A DNA stretch of 64,000 bases from Callorhinchus milii. Taxonomy: Eukaryota. Below the pieces are notes generated by a model. The model was not told the origin of the DNA. It worked only from the letters and a program-made list of their open reading frames with translations, and searched no databases. Positions 50,310 to 64,000 of the stretch are shown here, in pieces (the first letter of the stretch is position 1; every line of letters starts with the position of its first letter). The position numbers and the translations under genes were made by a program. Where the stretch lies: assembly GCF_018977255.1 (NCBI RefSeq), contig NW_024704742.1, positions 3,846,001 through 3,910,000 of the forward strand, given 5' to 3'.

Positions 50310-53108
50310 CCACCACCACCATCCCCCCACCACCCCCCTCACATCACCACACCCCACACACCACTCACACCCCCACACCACCACACCACCCACACCCCCA
50401 CCACCACACCACCCCCCACACCACCCCCCACACACCACTCACACCCCCACACCACACCACTCACCCCCACACCACACCACACCACACCATACACCCACAC
50501 CACACACACCCCCACACCACACTACCCCCACACACCACTCACACCCCCACACACACCACACCCACACCCCCCACACACACACACCCCCACACCCCACACC
50601 ATACACCCACACCACACACACCCCCACACCACACTACCCCCCACACACCACTCACACCCCCACACACACCACACCCACACCCCCCACACACACACACCCC
50701 CACACCATACACCCACACCACACCACCCCCCACACACACACCCCCCCACACCGTACACCCACACCACACCACACCCCCCACACACACCACACCCCCCACA
50801 CACACCACACCACTCACACCCCCACACCACACCACCCTCCCCACACCATACACCCACACCACACCACCACCCCCACACCACACACCCCCCCACACCCCAC
50901 ACCATACACCCACACCACACCACCCCCACACCCACACCACCACACCACCCCCCATACCACACCACCACCCCACACCACCACACCACCCCCACACCACACC
51001 ACCCCCACACCCACACCACCACACCACCCCCCACACCCACACACCACACACCACACCACCCCCCATACCACACCACCACCCCACACCCACACCACCACAC
51101 CACCCCCCACACCACACCACCCCCCACACCCACACCACCACACCACCCCCCAAACCCACACACCACACACCACACCACCCCCCACACCACACCACCCCCC
51201 ACACCACACCACCCACCACACCACACACCCCCCACACACCACACCACCCTCCCCACACCCACACCACCAGCCCCCACACCATACACCCACACCACACACA
51301 CCCCCCCACACCCCACACCATACACCCACACCACACCACCCCCCACACCACCACACCACCCCCCACACCACACACCACACCACCACCCCCACACCCACAC
51401 CACCACCCCCCACACCATACACCCACACCACCCCCCACACACACCCACACACCACACCCCCACACCACACCACCCTCCCCACACCCACACCACCCTCCCC
51501 ACACCCACACCACCACCCCCCACACACACACCACCCCACACCATACACCCACACCACCCCCACACACACACCATACACCCACACCACACCACCCCCCACA
51601 CCACACCACCCCCACACCACACCACCCCCACACCCACACCACCACCCCCCACACCATACACCCACACCACACCACCCCCCACACCCACACCACCACACAC
51701 CACCCCCCACACCCACACCACACCACCACCCCCCACACCACACACCCACACCACCACACCATACACCCACACCACACCACCCCCCACACCCACACCACCA
51801 CCCCCCACACCATACACCCACACCACTCACACCCCCACACCACACCACCCCCACACCACACACCCCCCACACACCACACCACCACCCCCCACACCATACA
51901 CCCACACCACTCACACCCCCACACCACACCACCACCCCCCACACCACACACCCACACCACCACACCATACACCCACACCACACCACCCCCACACACACAC
52001 CCCCCACATCCCACACCACACCACCCCCACACCCACACCACCACACCACCCCCACACCACACACCCCCCACACACCACACCACACCACCACCCCACACCA
52101 CACCACCCCCCACACCCACACACCACACCACCCCCCACACCCACACCACCCTCCCCACACCCACACCACCACCCCCCACACACACACCACCCCACACCAT
52201 ACACCCACACCACCCCCCACACACACACCATACACCCACACCACACCACCCCCCACACCACACCACCCCCCACACCACACCACCCCCACACCCACACCAC
52301 CACCCCCCACACCATACACCCACACCACACCACCCCCCACACCCACACCACCACACACCACCCCCCACACCCACACCACACCACCACACCACACACCCAC
52401 ACCACCACACCATACACCCACACCACACCACCCCCACACCCACACCACCACCCCCCACACCATACACCCACACCACTCACACCCCCACACCACACCACCC
52501 CCCACACCACACACCCCCACACACCACACCACCACCCCCCACACCATACACCCACACCACTCACACCCCCACACCACACCACCACCCCCCACACCACACA
52601 CCCACACCACCACACCATACACCCACACCACACCACCCCCCACACACACCCCCCCACATCCCACACCACACCACCCCCACACCCACACCACCACACCACC
52701 CCCCACACCACACACCCCCCACACACCACACCACACCACCACCCCCACACCACACCACCCCCCACACCCACACACCACACCACCCCCACACCACACCACC
52801 CCCCACACCACCCCCACCACACACACCCCCACACCCCACACCATACACCCACATCACACCACCCCCCCACACCCACACCACCACACCACCCCCCACACCA
52901 CACACCCCCCACACACCACCACCCCCACACCACACCACCCCCCACACCCACACACCACACACCACACCACCCCCACACCACACCACCCCCCACACCACAC
53001 ACCCCCCACACACCACACCACCCTCCCCACACCCACACCACCAGCCCCCACACCATACACCCACACCACACACACCCCCACACCACAACCCCCCCACACC
53101 ACACCCCC
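50310..53108 (+). repeat. 2.8-kb irregular C/A low-complexity satellite
   Basis: Almost only C and A, with recurring CACACCATACACCCACACCA and CACACCACTCACACCCCCAC variants. Confidence 0.95.
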
Positions 53109-53810
53109 AAAAAAATATGCGGTCAAGTCACTTTACAGTATATTCCACGAAGCGCTCGGAGACGCCTCAAAGGCGCCGCGTCAAAATGCGAGAGTTATTA
53201 TTATTTCAATAAGTTATAAATGTAATTGTTATAATCATCATCATTATTGTAATTATACTAAATCACTTATTATTCTGATGATGATAATTATTTCTGATTA
53301 TAATAAACGCCTCTGGAGTTCCCACGCCTCGGCGGGGAGGGCACGGGGAAACGAATGATCGTCCTCGTCATCGGTTCACTCATTTCGATCCGCCGCCGTG
53401 CGAGGGCTCGCCGCTGTGCGCAATTTGGCCGTCGCGTTACGCACCGCATGCTATATACGGTCTGTTCGCTTTACAGTAACGTTCTGCGCTTTTGAGGCGT
53501 CGATAAGGCGCTATATCAAATGCAAGGGTTATTTATTAACGTGTTTGGTTTGGATACTCTTAAGCATGGTGATGGCTTTCCGCGTGCGTCAGATACCCAG
53601 CCGACCCCCCCAAAAAAGCAGTGTCTTGTCTGGTTCTCGACTGTCCTTCAACCCCCCCCCCCACTCTCCCCAACACACACACACACACACACACACACAT
53701 GCTCTTATTCAAAAAAAGAAGGGAGTTTTTCTCTCCCGGTGTCCTGGCCAATAACCCCCAAAATAAAAAAAAATGATCACTCACTCCATGGCTGTTTGTG
53801 GGATATTGTA

Positions 53811-54020
53811 GGAGTCCTGTAGCTCAGTGGTTAGAACGCTCGCCTCGCAAGCGAGAGACTTGGGTTCGATTCCCGGCTGCGCGAAACCCTGGGCAAGTTT
53901 CCTTACTCCACGCAGCTGATAACAATCCCTCAACAAAAAATAAATAAATAGTAAATTGGTCACTTCAATGGTCACTGTTTGTGGGACGCTGCTGTGCACG
54001 ATTGGCTGCCACATTTCACG
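53811..54020 (+). mobile_element. Same SINE, 3' end replaced by an inverted tail copy (54022-54106)
   Basis: Intact head and core, followed by a minus-strand tail. Confidence 0.85.
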
Positions 54021-54194
54021 TTAATAATAATAATAATCCTTACATTTGATATACCACCTTATCACATCTTCAAGACGTCTCAAAGCACTTCACAGAATAT
54101 ACTGTAATATTATTATTGCTGTGTGCACACTGGCTGCCACATTCACCCACGAAATACACAGTCAAACTCCTGACCCCGCATCCACACTCTTACC

Positions 54195-54566
54195 CGCTCA
54201 CCTTGGAATCAGGACTTGGAATCACATAGTCTAAGATGACGCTCCAGTGCTGTGCTGAGGGTGTGCTGCATAGTCCGAGGTGCTGTCCTTTGGATGGGAC
54301 GTTAAACTGAGGTCCCTAATGCCTGTTCCCATGGCACTATTCGAAAAGAGAAGGGAGTTTCTCTCTCCCAGTGTCCTGGTCAACAATCCCTCAAATAAAA
54401 AATTGGTCACTCATTCCATGGCTCCATGTGGGACAATGCTGAGCGCAAACCTGCTGCCCACAAAATATGCAGTCAATCTACTTTACAGTATATCCTATGA
54501 AAAGCTTTGAGATGTCTCGACATGATAAGGTGCTTTTCCGTATGCAAGGATTATTATTATTATTAT
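54195..54566 (+). mobile_element. Long-SINE body carrying the young-family tail
   Basis: CCATGGCACTATTCGAAAAGAGAAGGGAG middle joined to CAGTCAATCTACTTTACAGTATA..GCAAGGATTATT. Confidence 0.7.
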
Positions 54567-54854
54567 AACTTTATCCTCAACTCCCAACACATTGCCCGCC
54601 TAAGCCACTACCTCTCCCTCTCATTAGACTGCCAAGACTCTTATCCAGGCTTGACAACAGCAACACTGCTTGCCAACCTCCCTAGCTTATCCCTACACAA
54701 CTGCAGGCTACCTTACAAGATTAGTTGAGATGAAGAAGACACTTCAGTCCATCCGATCTCATCCTTCCAGAACATCCACCCTACCATCCCCCCATCAAAG
54801 CAACAAACTGCTTTTCAAATCAGTCAAGTGTTTGGCATTAATGTACAATCATTA

Positions 54855-55130
54855 ATATACACCTGTATAAGGTTCACTCTGAGTCGTCTTCTCTCAAGAC
54901 TAAATAACCCTAAATTGTCTAATTGTTGCTGATATCTCATTCCGCTAAAACTGGGGGTCATCCTTGTTGCTCTTCGCTGCACTATCTCTAGGGCTTGGAG
55001 AGTTCCCTTATGGCGCAATGACCAGAACTGTATGCAGTACTCTAGGTGTAGTTTGACCAGAGCACTATACAGCTTGAGTATGAAGTCTGCGGATCTGAAC
55101 TCAACTAATTTAGCAATATAAACCTGCATC
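54855..55130 (-). mobile_element. CR1 ORF2 C-terminal fragment
   Basis: LYSALVKLHLEYCIQFWS..LGLFSLERRRLR. Confidence 0.85.
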
Positions 55131-55614
55131 TAATTGTGTTTTATGCTGCCTCACACTGTTAAGACATAGTGAGCGACAAGTCAACTACTGCAGTAGTTGG
55201 CTTCATAATTAGCTTGTCCAATCCATTCCGTCGGAACTCCCCAATTCTGATTGACTCCTTCATAATGTCTGTCGGTGCTGCATAAATCTCCTACCTTGTC
55301 TAACGGTATCTTGGGATACATCTGATGCATAATAGGAGATTTGTGTCAGCCTACCGCAGTGGACAAGTTAACTATGAAAACTTCCTTCTGACTGTTAAAG
55401 ATCCCAGGGCACTATTCGAAAAGAGAAGGGAGTTTTTCCCAGTGTACTGGCTAAGAATCCCGCTAAATAAAATTGGCCACTTCACGTACTACATCATAGG
55501 ACTTACCATAGTCAATTTGGGCTGTCACGTCCTCGAAAAAGTCTATGAGATTGGTCAGTCAAGATATACCCTTTTGAAACCTATGTTGGCTGTCATTTAG
55601 TAGATTATTTTCAT

Positions 55615-56437
55615 TGGATCATTTTCAATCTTTCTTCTTCTCCCGTTCCTCCTCCCGCTCTCACCCGGTCACCTACGGGGTACCCCAAGGATCCATCCTT
55701 GGTCCCCTCCTCTTTCTGATCTACATGCTCCCTCTTGGGGATGTCATCCGTAGACATGAGGTACATTTCCACATGTATGCAGATGACACCCAACTCTATT
55801 TTTCCACCTCTCTTTGCGACCCCCCCAGTCCCCTGATGTTCTGTCAGCTGCCTGTCAGATCTCAGGGGCTGGATGAGTGCAAACTTCCTTCAGCTGAACG
55901 TTGACAAGACGGAAGCAATACTCTTTGGCTCTCGTCAACATCTAAAATCTCACGGCTCTCACCTCCTCCACTACCCGACCTCCCCCTGAAACTCTCCGAA
56001 CCCGTACACAACCTAGGCGTCAGGTTCGACCCACAATTATCCTTCCTCCCGCACATCTGGTCGCTCACCAGCACTGCCTTCTATCACCTCCGACGCATTG
56101 CCCGTCTCCGCCAATAGCTGTCCCCAAAAGCCGCTGAAACCCTGGTCCATGCCTTTGTCACCTCTCAGCTGGACTACTGCAACGTCCTCCTCGCCGGTCT
56201 CCCATCCACTACCATCCATAAAATCCAAATCATTCAAAACTCTGCCGCCCGCATTCTCACCCGCACAAAACTCCCCTCCCCAATCATCCCAGTCCTCAGT
56301 TCGTCTGCTGAAGACCTTTCTTTTCGACCACGCCTTTGGTCACCTTCCCCTCCACTTCCCCTGGCTCGGCCCCGGGATCCGTTACTGTGAAACGCTCTGA
56401 GGGCGCTATATAAATCCAAGTTGTTGTTGTTGTTGTT
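55615..56437 (+). mobile_element. L2 RT through 3' tail, internally deleted
   Basis: [30 protein letters not shown]; tail GGCGCTATATAAATCCAAG(TTG)n. Confidence 0.9.
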
Positions 56438-59400
56438 TCTTATCATTGACTCCATACCACCACCAGATCGGGTTAAACTTCACTAAATCCTAGCGCTCCA
56501 TCCTCACCTCATCCAATTGTCCTATTCCATAATCATCCTGGAGACAAAGGACAAGCACAGGCTCCACCATCAACCATCTCCTTCGCCCATCTTCCAATGC
56601 TCTGCTCATACTTTCTCCCAATTCTAAATATACGAGGAAATGATGTACTCCTCAAGTCCAAACTTGAGACAATCTGCTCTGCTGTCTCTGCCACTGCTGT
56701 GTCTATCCCGGACTGCAATGATGCCCAGGCTAAAAAAAAAGAAACAGAGAAAAGAAGTATGTGATGAGGCAGAATTTTGCACAATGATTAGTCTTGCACT
56801 GTTTTGTGTTACTTAAAGTACGTTTTCATTTGCTACCTAGTGTTACTTAATTTAAAGCAGTAGAATATTGATTCAATTTGATCAGCGCAATAGTGATCTG
56901 CCATGTTTATTTGACAACTTTGAAAGATGCATGACATCGGTGACGCATTCATCGTTTCCAAACTATGGACTGGCACATTGACGTTTTTTGCATTTAATGC
57001 AGATTTTTTTTTTAAAAAAAGTTCTCCGCACTATATTTGGAGTTCACCTTCAGGCACACAATTCAGTTCCAGTATTTGTTTTTTGTAGCATTATTTTTCA
57101 GTAGTTTTAGCTTCAAGTGCAGGCGTTGTGTGTATATATAAGGCTTTGCTGCATTTTAAAAAAAACTGTTAAAGGGCTATTTGTGACAGTGATTGCCACT
57201 TAGATTTTTTACTGTATTTCATGTTCACGTGCATTACCCAATGCCTAGTGTAACTTGCAGTATGCTCAAAATAAATACCATATGTGCAAATTGGCTGCCG
57301 CGTTTTGCCCACAAAATACTTAGTCAATCCGCTTTATAGTATAACCTGTGAAGCACTTCGAGACACCTCAACAACGTGATAAGGCACTATATCAAATGCA
57401 AGGTTTTATTTACAGGTATTTTATTTTTTATATGCTGTTTGCAAAACCCTTGAGCCTATCTAGGTGTTACCTGGAGTCTAGTTTTGAACACACAGACGTA
57501 TTGCCGAAGCTTGAAATCCACCTTGATTGGTATTCAGACTTTGTGATTAATGAGTTATTAGGTCAGTCTCATTTCCACATTGTGTGAGAAAACAGCATAG
57601 TATAACCAAAAAAAAACTAAGTACTGTATAACCTTTACCAGGATAAATGCAGCACATATTAAAGTAGCAATGAGTAGCATTCTCCCTATTCTAAGGCCAT
57701 CTACACTTTTGAGACAAAAGCATGTCAATATATTTTGTTAATTCTGGGAAAATCTTAACATCTTTGACGTACTCTTACTAAATATAACAATATTTAGCAA
57801 GTTAATTATGGAACAACTGGACAAGTTAATTATGAAAATTAAATGTTAAAAAATGATGTTGAACTACCTCTATTGTCTAACAACGCTGTGATTCAGATTC
57901 AGTGTGAACGCAATATATTTCTTTTGTTCAAAATTAAGCAATTTACCTGTAAACTGATTCTCATTCCTTGTCATCTTTTGTCATAAAATCTTTTACATTT
58001 TTGTTTAAGATCAGGGAAAGTTTATTTTTTTAGCTTGGGTTCACTTTTGGCTTCATCTATCTTTCACACAGAGTGAATGTTGATCGTAGAGTCGTAGAAT
58101 GTTTCAGCACAGAAAATAGGCACATCTTGACTTTGCCGGCTTTCTGTAAGAGCTATGCATTTGGTCTCATTCTTCAGCCGTTTGCTTTTACCTTTTATAT
58201 TTTCCTTTTTAAATATCCAATGTCCTTTTAAAAGCTATTATTGGATTGTACTTCAATTACTGTTTTGGTAGGGCATTCCATATCCTAATACCCAATCTAT
58301 AAAACGCTCTTTCTTGGTTAGGTCAAATTTACTAGTTTTCCTGACATGTCAAAATAGTTTCACCGTATTCATCTTATCATCCACTATAATTGTGCATGAT
58401 TCCTTGAAGGGTTTCTTGTGTTAATTAAGGCAAGGAATGCCTTAAGAATATCAGTAAATTTGATCAGTTTATTAGCATTGGCTTACCTGAGTGATGAGTG
58501 CACTGGTCTCAGATCCTCGCATCACTTTCCTACAGTTCAGCTGCTGGCAGCACAGTTAAAATAAAAACACAGCAAAAAGGCAAGGAAGCCAAAAGGTTTC
58601 CGAATATAAGTTGTGGGAATGGCAGTCTAATACCAAATAAGGAGTGTAAACATTGCTTGAAGGATGCTGATAGCTTTTTTTAACAGCTTTGTCAACACGC
58701 CCTCCCACTTTTAATGATTTGTATGTTAACCCCTGGTTTTCTCTGTCCTTCCACTCATTTTAAAGTTTTACCATTTTGCACACATTTCCTCTTCTGTTTT
58801 GGCTTCCCAGTTACATCACGTCACGCTGTGTTCTGCGTCAAATCAGTGAGGAGGAACGTTTTAGGAGTAAGTGTAAGGAGAGGAAATATGTTGTTGGGTT
58901 TAATGACTTAAGTTTACTTTTTTACTCTCTTAGCCCACTTACATAAATCCTGCAGGTTTAGCTTTCCCCAATAACAGCAGTCATTACATTGCATTCTGGA
59001 CAGCGGTGTAACTATGGCTACCTTCTGACCATCCAGTTCCTTGAGCTGAAGAAATGAGTGACAGTGACATTTAATTTAATCTCACGTTTCCCAGGTTTCT
59101 CCCTCTTATAAGTCCTGCTGGGACAGACTGCTGGTGTCTTTGCTTTAAATATTCAGGGTCTACAGGGGACTACTTTGTGTGGGTATATTTGTTTGCACAG
59201 GGAATGTCATGATAATGGACAGCTAGTGCTTGTGATAAGGGAAAGGGGAGGAGAACTGGGATATCAAAGGGAAAGGACATTATAATTATACAACGTGATT
59301 ATACCTCGTGATTTGAAGTAGAAAAAAAACAACTTATTGAAAGAAAACCTGAACGTTTGATTATCAATTAACTCATCATTTGAAATAATTTATAATGAAA

Positions 59401-62400
59401 AAATGTGATGGTTTCAAAAATGTACTACGCTCTTCTCGTCCTGGATCAATTCTCCCTGAATATGTTTTTTAGAGCCTTGAAGACTCAGAGACACACCCAA
59501 TTCTGAGCAGATTATTACAAACCTGTGCAACGAGGGAACAACGCGGCACTGAGGAAGTGTGCTATGAATGAATGAGGGAGCAAAAGANTTTTTTCCATCA
59601 ATTATTTATGCATCGTCAAAATTTACCACTCTTTTCAACGTTTCTGTTTCTGTGGAACTTGCCCCACGTCTGTTTTGCTCAAGTAGTGGAAAAAATAACT
59701 CTCTCGATTACTTTTTCAGTAAGTACATTTGGTATCAGTCTGACTCGGCGTCAGTGTGGTTCAGTCACTAGCACGTCGTGAAAGGCACAATACAAACGTA
59801 ACCTTGTTGTTGTTGAGGCACTCAAGGTACAAAATGAATCATCAATTGATCGGTTGATTGTTTGCTCGGAGAAACTCTCTTCTCTTTTTGAATAGCACAA
59901 TTGGATCTTGAAAATCCACCTGAAGAAGCAGAAAGGACCTCGGTTTAATTCCAATTCAAATGTCGCCAACAATGACATTGCAGTGAGCCACCACTACTGC
60001 ACGAGAGCGTCAGCCTAGACCGTGAACACAAAGTCCAGAAATAGGACTTGAACAGCGATGGGCTGAGAACCTCCAACGTTAGAAATGTTCTAACTACACC
60101 TGCATCGTCATCGAGAATCACACATGCTGTGTTACACCAGTATGATTTTTTCCACCTCTTGCTCTCGCCTCTGTGGATAATTTAGCACTATTTTGTGCCA
60201 GATGTATAACCACTGGGAGCTGCATTGAACTTATTGCACATAAGTAATTTACAGCTGGCAGAAGTCACGGTCGTCCACTTGCTTGACAACTCCACATTCA
60301 CTTTCTCCATTCAATTTGGCACCTTATTCATTCTGCTTATGTGATGTATTTCAAATAACCCATCAGCGATTATGTACAATGCTTTAAAATAAGGTTGAGG
60401 AGTATACATTCATTTGATTTAAACACCCACTAGAATAAAGCAATTCAATTTTGCATTTCTGAATGCTAGCATATCAGAAAAAAGTTTATAATATTTCAAT
60501 TGGATCTTTAGCACAAGCCTTTGAACTGTTTTGTTGTTCATTTCTTCTAGTGTTAGCTCCCCCACCACAGCTGTCTACTTGTTATCGTTTTATCTATTCC
60601 ACTTGCACTTTTAAAAATCTATGTATCTGCGTCCCTAGATCTTTCTGTTCCTCCGTTCTGTTAAGAATCTGGTGACGATAGATATTTGCTGTTTATAAAG
60701 ACATAGAAATGTGATTCTTCTTCAGCAAAACTTTTAAAAACAGTCCATCAAATTACCCTTTTAATTATTTTCATTTCAGTCAAGCACCAGCATTCGGTCA
60801 AGACTTGTCAGAGGAATAATTATGAGACAATACTCCAAAAGTGGTTCCCCTTGGTTCGTATAAATCAAAGGTTAAGAAGAAATATTTCCTCCCTTGTTTC
60901 TGCGGTCCCATTGTGGCCACTGTTTCAGAAGCAAGCAACCCAAGACCTTTCTCCTGAGGAGCTTTATTACAAGAGACAGCTACCTGAGTTCTGTCTGCAC
61001 AAAACACAGACAACAGTGACTTACGGTGCATAGGTCATATGCGAGGAGTCCAAGGTCACATGCTTTACATGCAACCTGATGTGCCTGTCATCCTGCCAGC
61101 AAAGCTCTCCTGCGGTAATATGGCGGCACGAGGAGTTGATCACTAAGGTACCAGGTCTGGCATTTAAACTTGCTGCACTAACTCCCACAGAGTCCAATTA
61201 TCAGTGAATTAATGTCAGGGGTGTAACAACAGCAGCAGACTGTCATTGGCCATAGAGCCTTTTCCAAATGGACCCATGGGTGGCGCCATATTAAATTTTG
61301 CTTTGCAATCCAGCTGAGTGGAGTTGGATTCCTCTGGTATTTTACAACAGCAGGAGTTAAATTGAGCAGCAAAGAATTTACATAGAAAGTACATTAGCAG
61401 TACACTTTGTTTTGGTCCAGGAACCACCAACAGTGACAAATGTGAGTATTTCTTGGGCATTCCTAGGTCACAGAATTGGCTCAAATGCTGTCACATGAAG
61501 CTTGTGTACAGGATTTGGCACCGTTAACGGAAACACTGATATTGGAGGTGGGGGGGGGGGGGGGCAGAGGAGGAAGTTAACAGCAGAATGAAAACTAATT
61601 GAATTAAGCAGTCATTAAGAATATGCATGAAAGAGCAAGAAAATGGGCAAACAGAAGAGTTTAGTTCATATAGCAGAAATTTGTAGAGTAAAAGGCTGGT
61701 GTATGATGTTATCCAATTGAAAGATTCTTATCTTATTGATCCAAGTGCAACCCAAGTATAAAGGTACATTTCAATATTTCTGTCCTTCAAAGAATCTCAA
61801 TGCAATCTGAACGCTTGATAGTTGTCAGTCATTATGAGGACAGTTATTTCAACATCAATATTGCTGAAAGAGTTTGAATAAACTCTTCACACTCGATTGT
61901 CCTCACTCCTTCCGATCCTGAAGGCATTTTTTTCTTCTATTTATGCTCACAGATCATGATCACATTCCAATAGCTTTCCAAACCACTTTAAAAAAGGTTA
62001 ATTGAAGAAGGCTCTTTGATTACAACTCAAATCATCAAGTTGTTTCTAAACAGTCCAGTGTAATAGCCTCTATAAGTCTTCCTGGTAAACCATTGTACTG
62101 TGTAAAGGATATAACTTGATTTGCCCATTATAACCCTGCATCTGTGTCCTCATGTCCTTCTTCCTTGAACTAACTTGAAAGGATTTTTCTGAGTTTACTT
62201 TCTCTATTCGTTTATTCATTTTTCCGCGCCAGTTTTGTAATGAATATCATCCGGCTATTTACTTGAACAGATTAATATATTAATCATATACTAATCATAA
62301 TATGTAATATAATATTATTTTAATCATATAATAATATTATATAACAATAACATTATTATTAAACAACCAAATCTTGTGCGAACAAAGATTTCACCAAACA

Positions 62401-63358
62401 CAAGAATTGTTGTTATTCAAACAACCCAGTTCTATCCTTGTTTGACATTTGCACATTGTGAAGGCGCTATACAAATGTCATTTTGTGGTTATTGTTGTTG
62501 TACACTGCCACCAGACATCGCTATAGCGTAATCAGTGGTGGGACCCTAATTTTTTCATTGCTAACCTGAGAACCGAGACCTACTGTAGCTAACTGAGATC
62601 AACTAACTCAGCAATGACTCGGGATCATTCTTACCAATGCCCTGGTCTTGTTCAATCCATGGTCTATTTCTCAAATAATTGTTTAAATAACCTGCTCCAA
62701 ATAAATTTCCCTGTCATTCAGTCATATTTGTTTCTTGCAACACGCTTGTATTTATTGTCAGCTTAGCTCACTCTTGCCTTTGAGTCAGAAAGTTGTGCGT
62801 TGGAACTCAGATACCCTACAAATACACAGTCACTCCATTTCACAGTAAATCCTGTAAAGTGCTTCGAGACATCCTTCTGATATGATACAATGCGATACCA
62901 AATGCAAGGATTATCATCATATTTTATTATGTGATTTTTACTGTTTTCTAAATTCCACACATCGCTCTATACGTTGAAATGCATTTTTGTAATTTGATAA
63001 TATGACTTAATATTTACGGTCAATTTCCACTTGTGAAATATACCCAAATTCTGCTATTCTCACATCAAGCAGTTGTAAATGCACTTTGGTGAGTAAAAGA
63101 ATGTCAACTCTTATCTATGATGGAAAATGGGTAAATAGTATTCCCACCAAAGGAAAGTGGCCAACTCTGGAGCACGAGACAAGCTGAGTTGGTGAGAAGA
63201 AGTTGGATTAGTGTTCCAGTAATTGCAGTAAAGGCACAGAAGCCATACAAATCATTTATATCTCCTGCAGAAATGGCACACAGTTCCCACAATATTCAGT
63301 TATATTGTACACTGATTCCACAAAACAAAATGTTAGCATTGATAAGAATCAATAATGT

Positions 63359-63670
63359 GGAGTCCTGTAGCTCAGGGGTTGGAGCACTCGCCTTGCAAGT
63401 GACGCAACTGGGTTCAATTCCCGGCAGGGTGAAACCTTGGGCAAGTTTCCTTACTCCACACGCCTAATAATAATCCCTCCAAAAAACAAAACAATAATAA
63501 ATTTGTCATTTTCAATCCATGACTGTTTGTAGGACACTGCTGTGCGCAATTGGCTGCCGTGTTTCGCCCACAAATATACAGTCAATTTACTTTAGAACAT
63601 ATTCTGTGAAGCGCTTTGAGACGTCTAGAAGACGTGAAAAGTGCTATATCAGATGCAAGGATTATTATAA
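63359..63670 (+). mobile_element. Same SINE, full length
   Basis: Head GGAGTCCTGTAGCTCAG through tail GCAAGGATTATTAT. Confidence 0.9.
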
Positions 63671-64000
63671 TAAGAGTTTGTTATGATATTAGTTGCTGTT
63701 TACCTGCTTTGAAAACTCAATCATGCCTGTTTTACTGAAAGAAGAATTTATTACCCAGTGCAAATGGCGTCAATGTGCTGTTGTGGTGTCACATTACATG
63801 GTTTGTCTATTTGTTTTGCTTTTATTACTTTTCCTTCCATCCCACTTCCCTCAGGGCTTCTAAGTCCTCGTTTTTTTATTGTTAAACTGTCTGTTTTAAT
63901 TTTTGTCCAGTACATCAGCTTAGTCCTGCTCCCTAACTCGTTCCTTCCATATCCTGCTGCGAGAATTGCTACATCCTTTATTTATTTGGGTTTCAGGTGA

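Larger units (their letters stand above)
15515..62925. repeat. Dispersed tail-only (about 100 bp) SINE fragments near 15515, 18090, 18290, 39155, 43836, 45143, 48660, 53115, 53410, 57285, 62820
   Basis: Each matches TCCTTGCATTTGATATAGCG..GCTTCACAGAATATACTGTAAAGTGAA or its reverse complement. The span marks the range, not one element. Confidence 0.8.

Noticed and set aside
49739..53358. ORFs of 400-1157 aa rich in His/Pro/Thr or Gly/Val/Cys/Trp
   Set aside because: The C/A-only repeat can barely form stop codons, so long ORFs appear on both strands. No evidence of coding.
56500..63300. Short ORFs and possible conserved enhancers upstream, including inverted AATATGGCG motifs at about 61118 and 61283
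   Set aside because: No recognisable protein homology or exon chain. Conservation cannot be judged without alignments. One ambiguous base at 59588.
1..64000. CRISPR arrays or prokaryote-style operons
   Set aside because: The sequence is a spliced vertebrate locus. The recurring motifs are dispersed retroposon tails, not regularly spaced repeats.

Overview
Eukaryotic, intron-rich vertebrate DNA. The repeat families (Deu-domain tRNA-SINEs, L2, CR1, Penelope-type hairpins) suggest a cartilaginous fish; that assignment is inference. The window holds the 5' three-quarters of SMARCAD1 (SNF2/Fun30-family remodeller) on the minus strand: 17 coding exons (49428 down to 1903, 2671 nt, about 890 codons) spliced by hand, all with GT/AG ends and consistent phases. 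The gene continues past position 1. Its CpG-island promoter lies at about 48.5-50.2 kb, followed by a 2.8 kb C/A-only tract and then repeat-rich intergenic DNA. Best leads: (1) a candidate internal promoter and non-coding first exon at about 23.08-23.53 kb, positioned like the human skin-specific short-isoform exon; (2) a TIR- and TSD-bounded hAT transposon whose decayed transposase starts with a CGGBP1-like domain; (3) a 61-serine tract from a (GAA)45 repeat in coding exon 1; (4) a Penelope-type hairpin with paired minimal hammerhead-like cores; (5) AT-to-GC skewed SINE copies flanking the promoter. All homology calls come from reading and recalled sequences; no searches were run. Repeat boundaries are approximate unless TIRs/TSDs are given.
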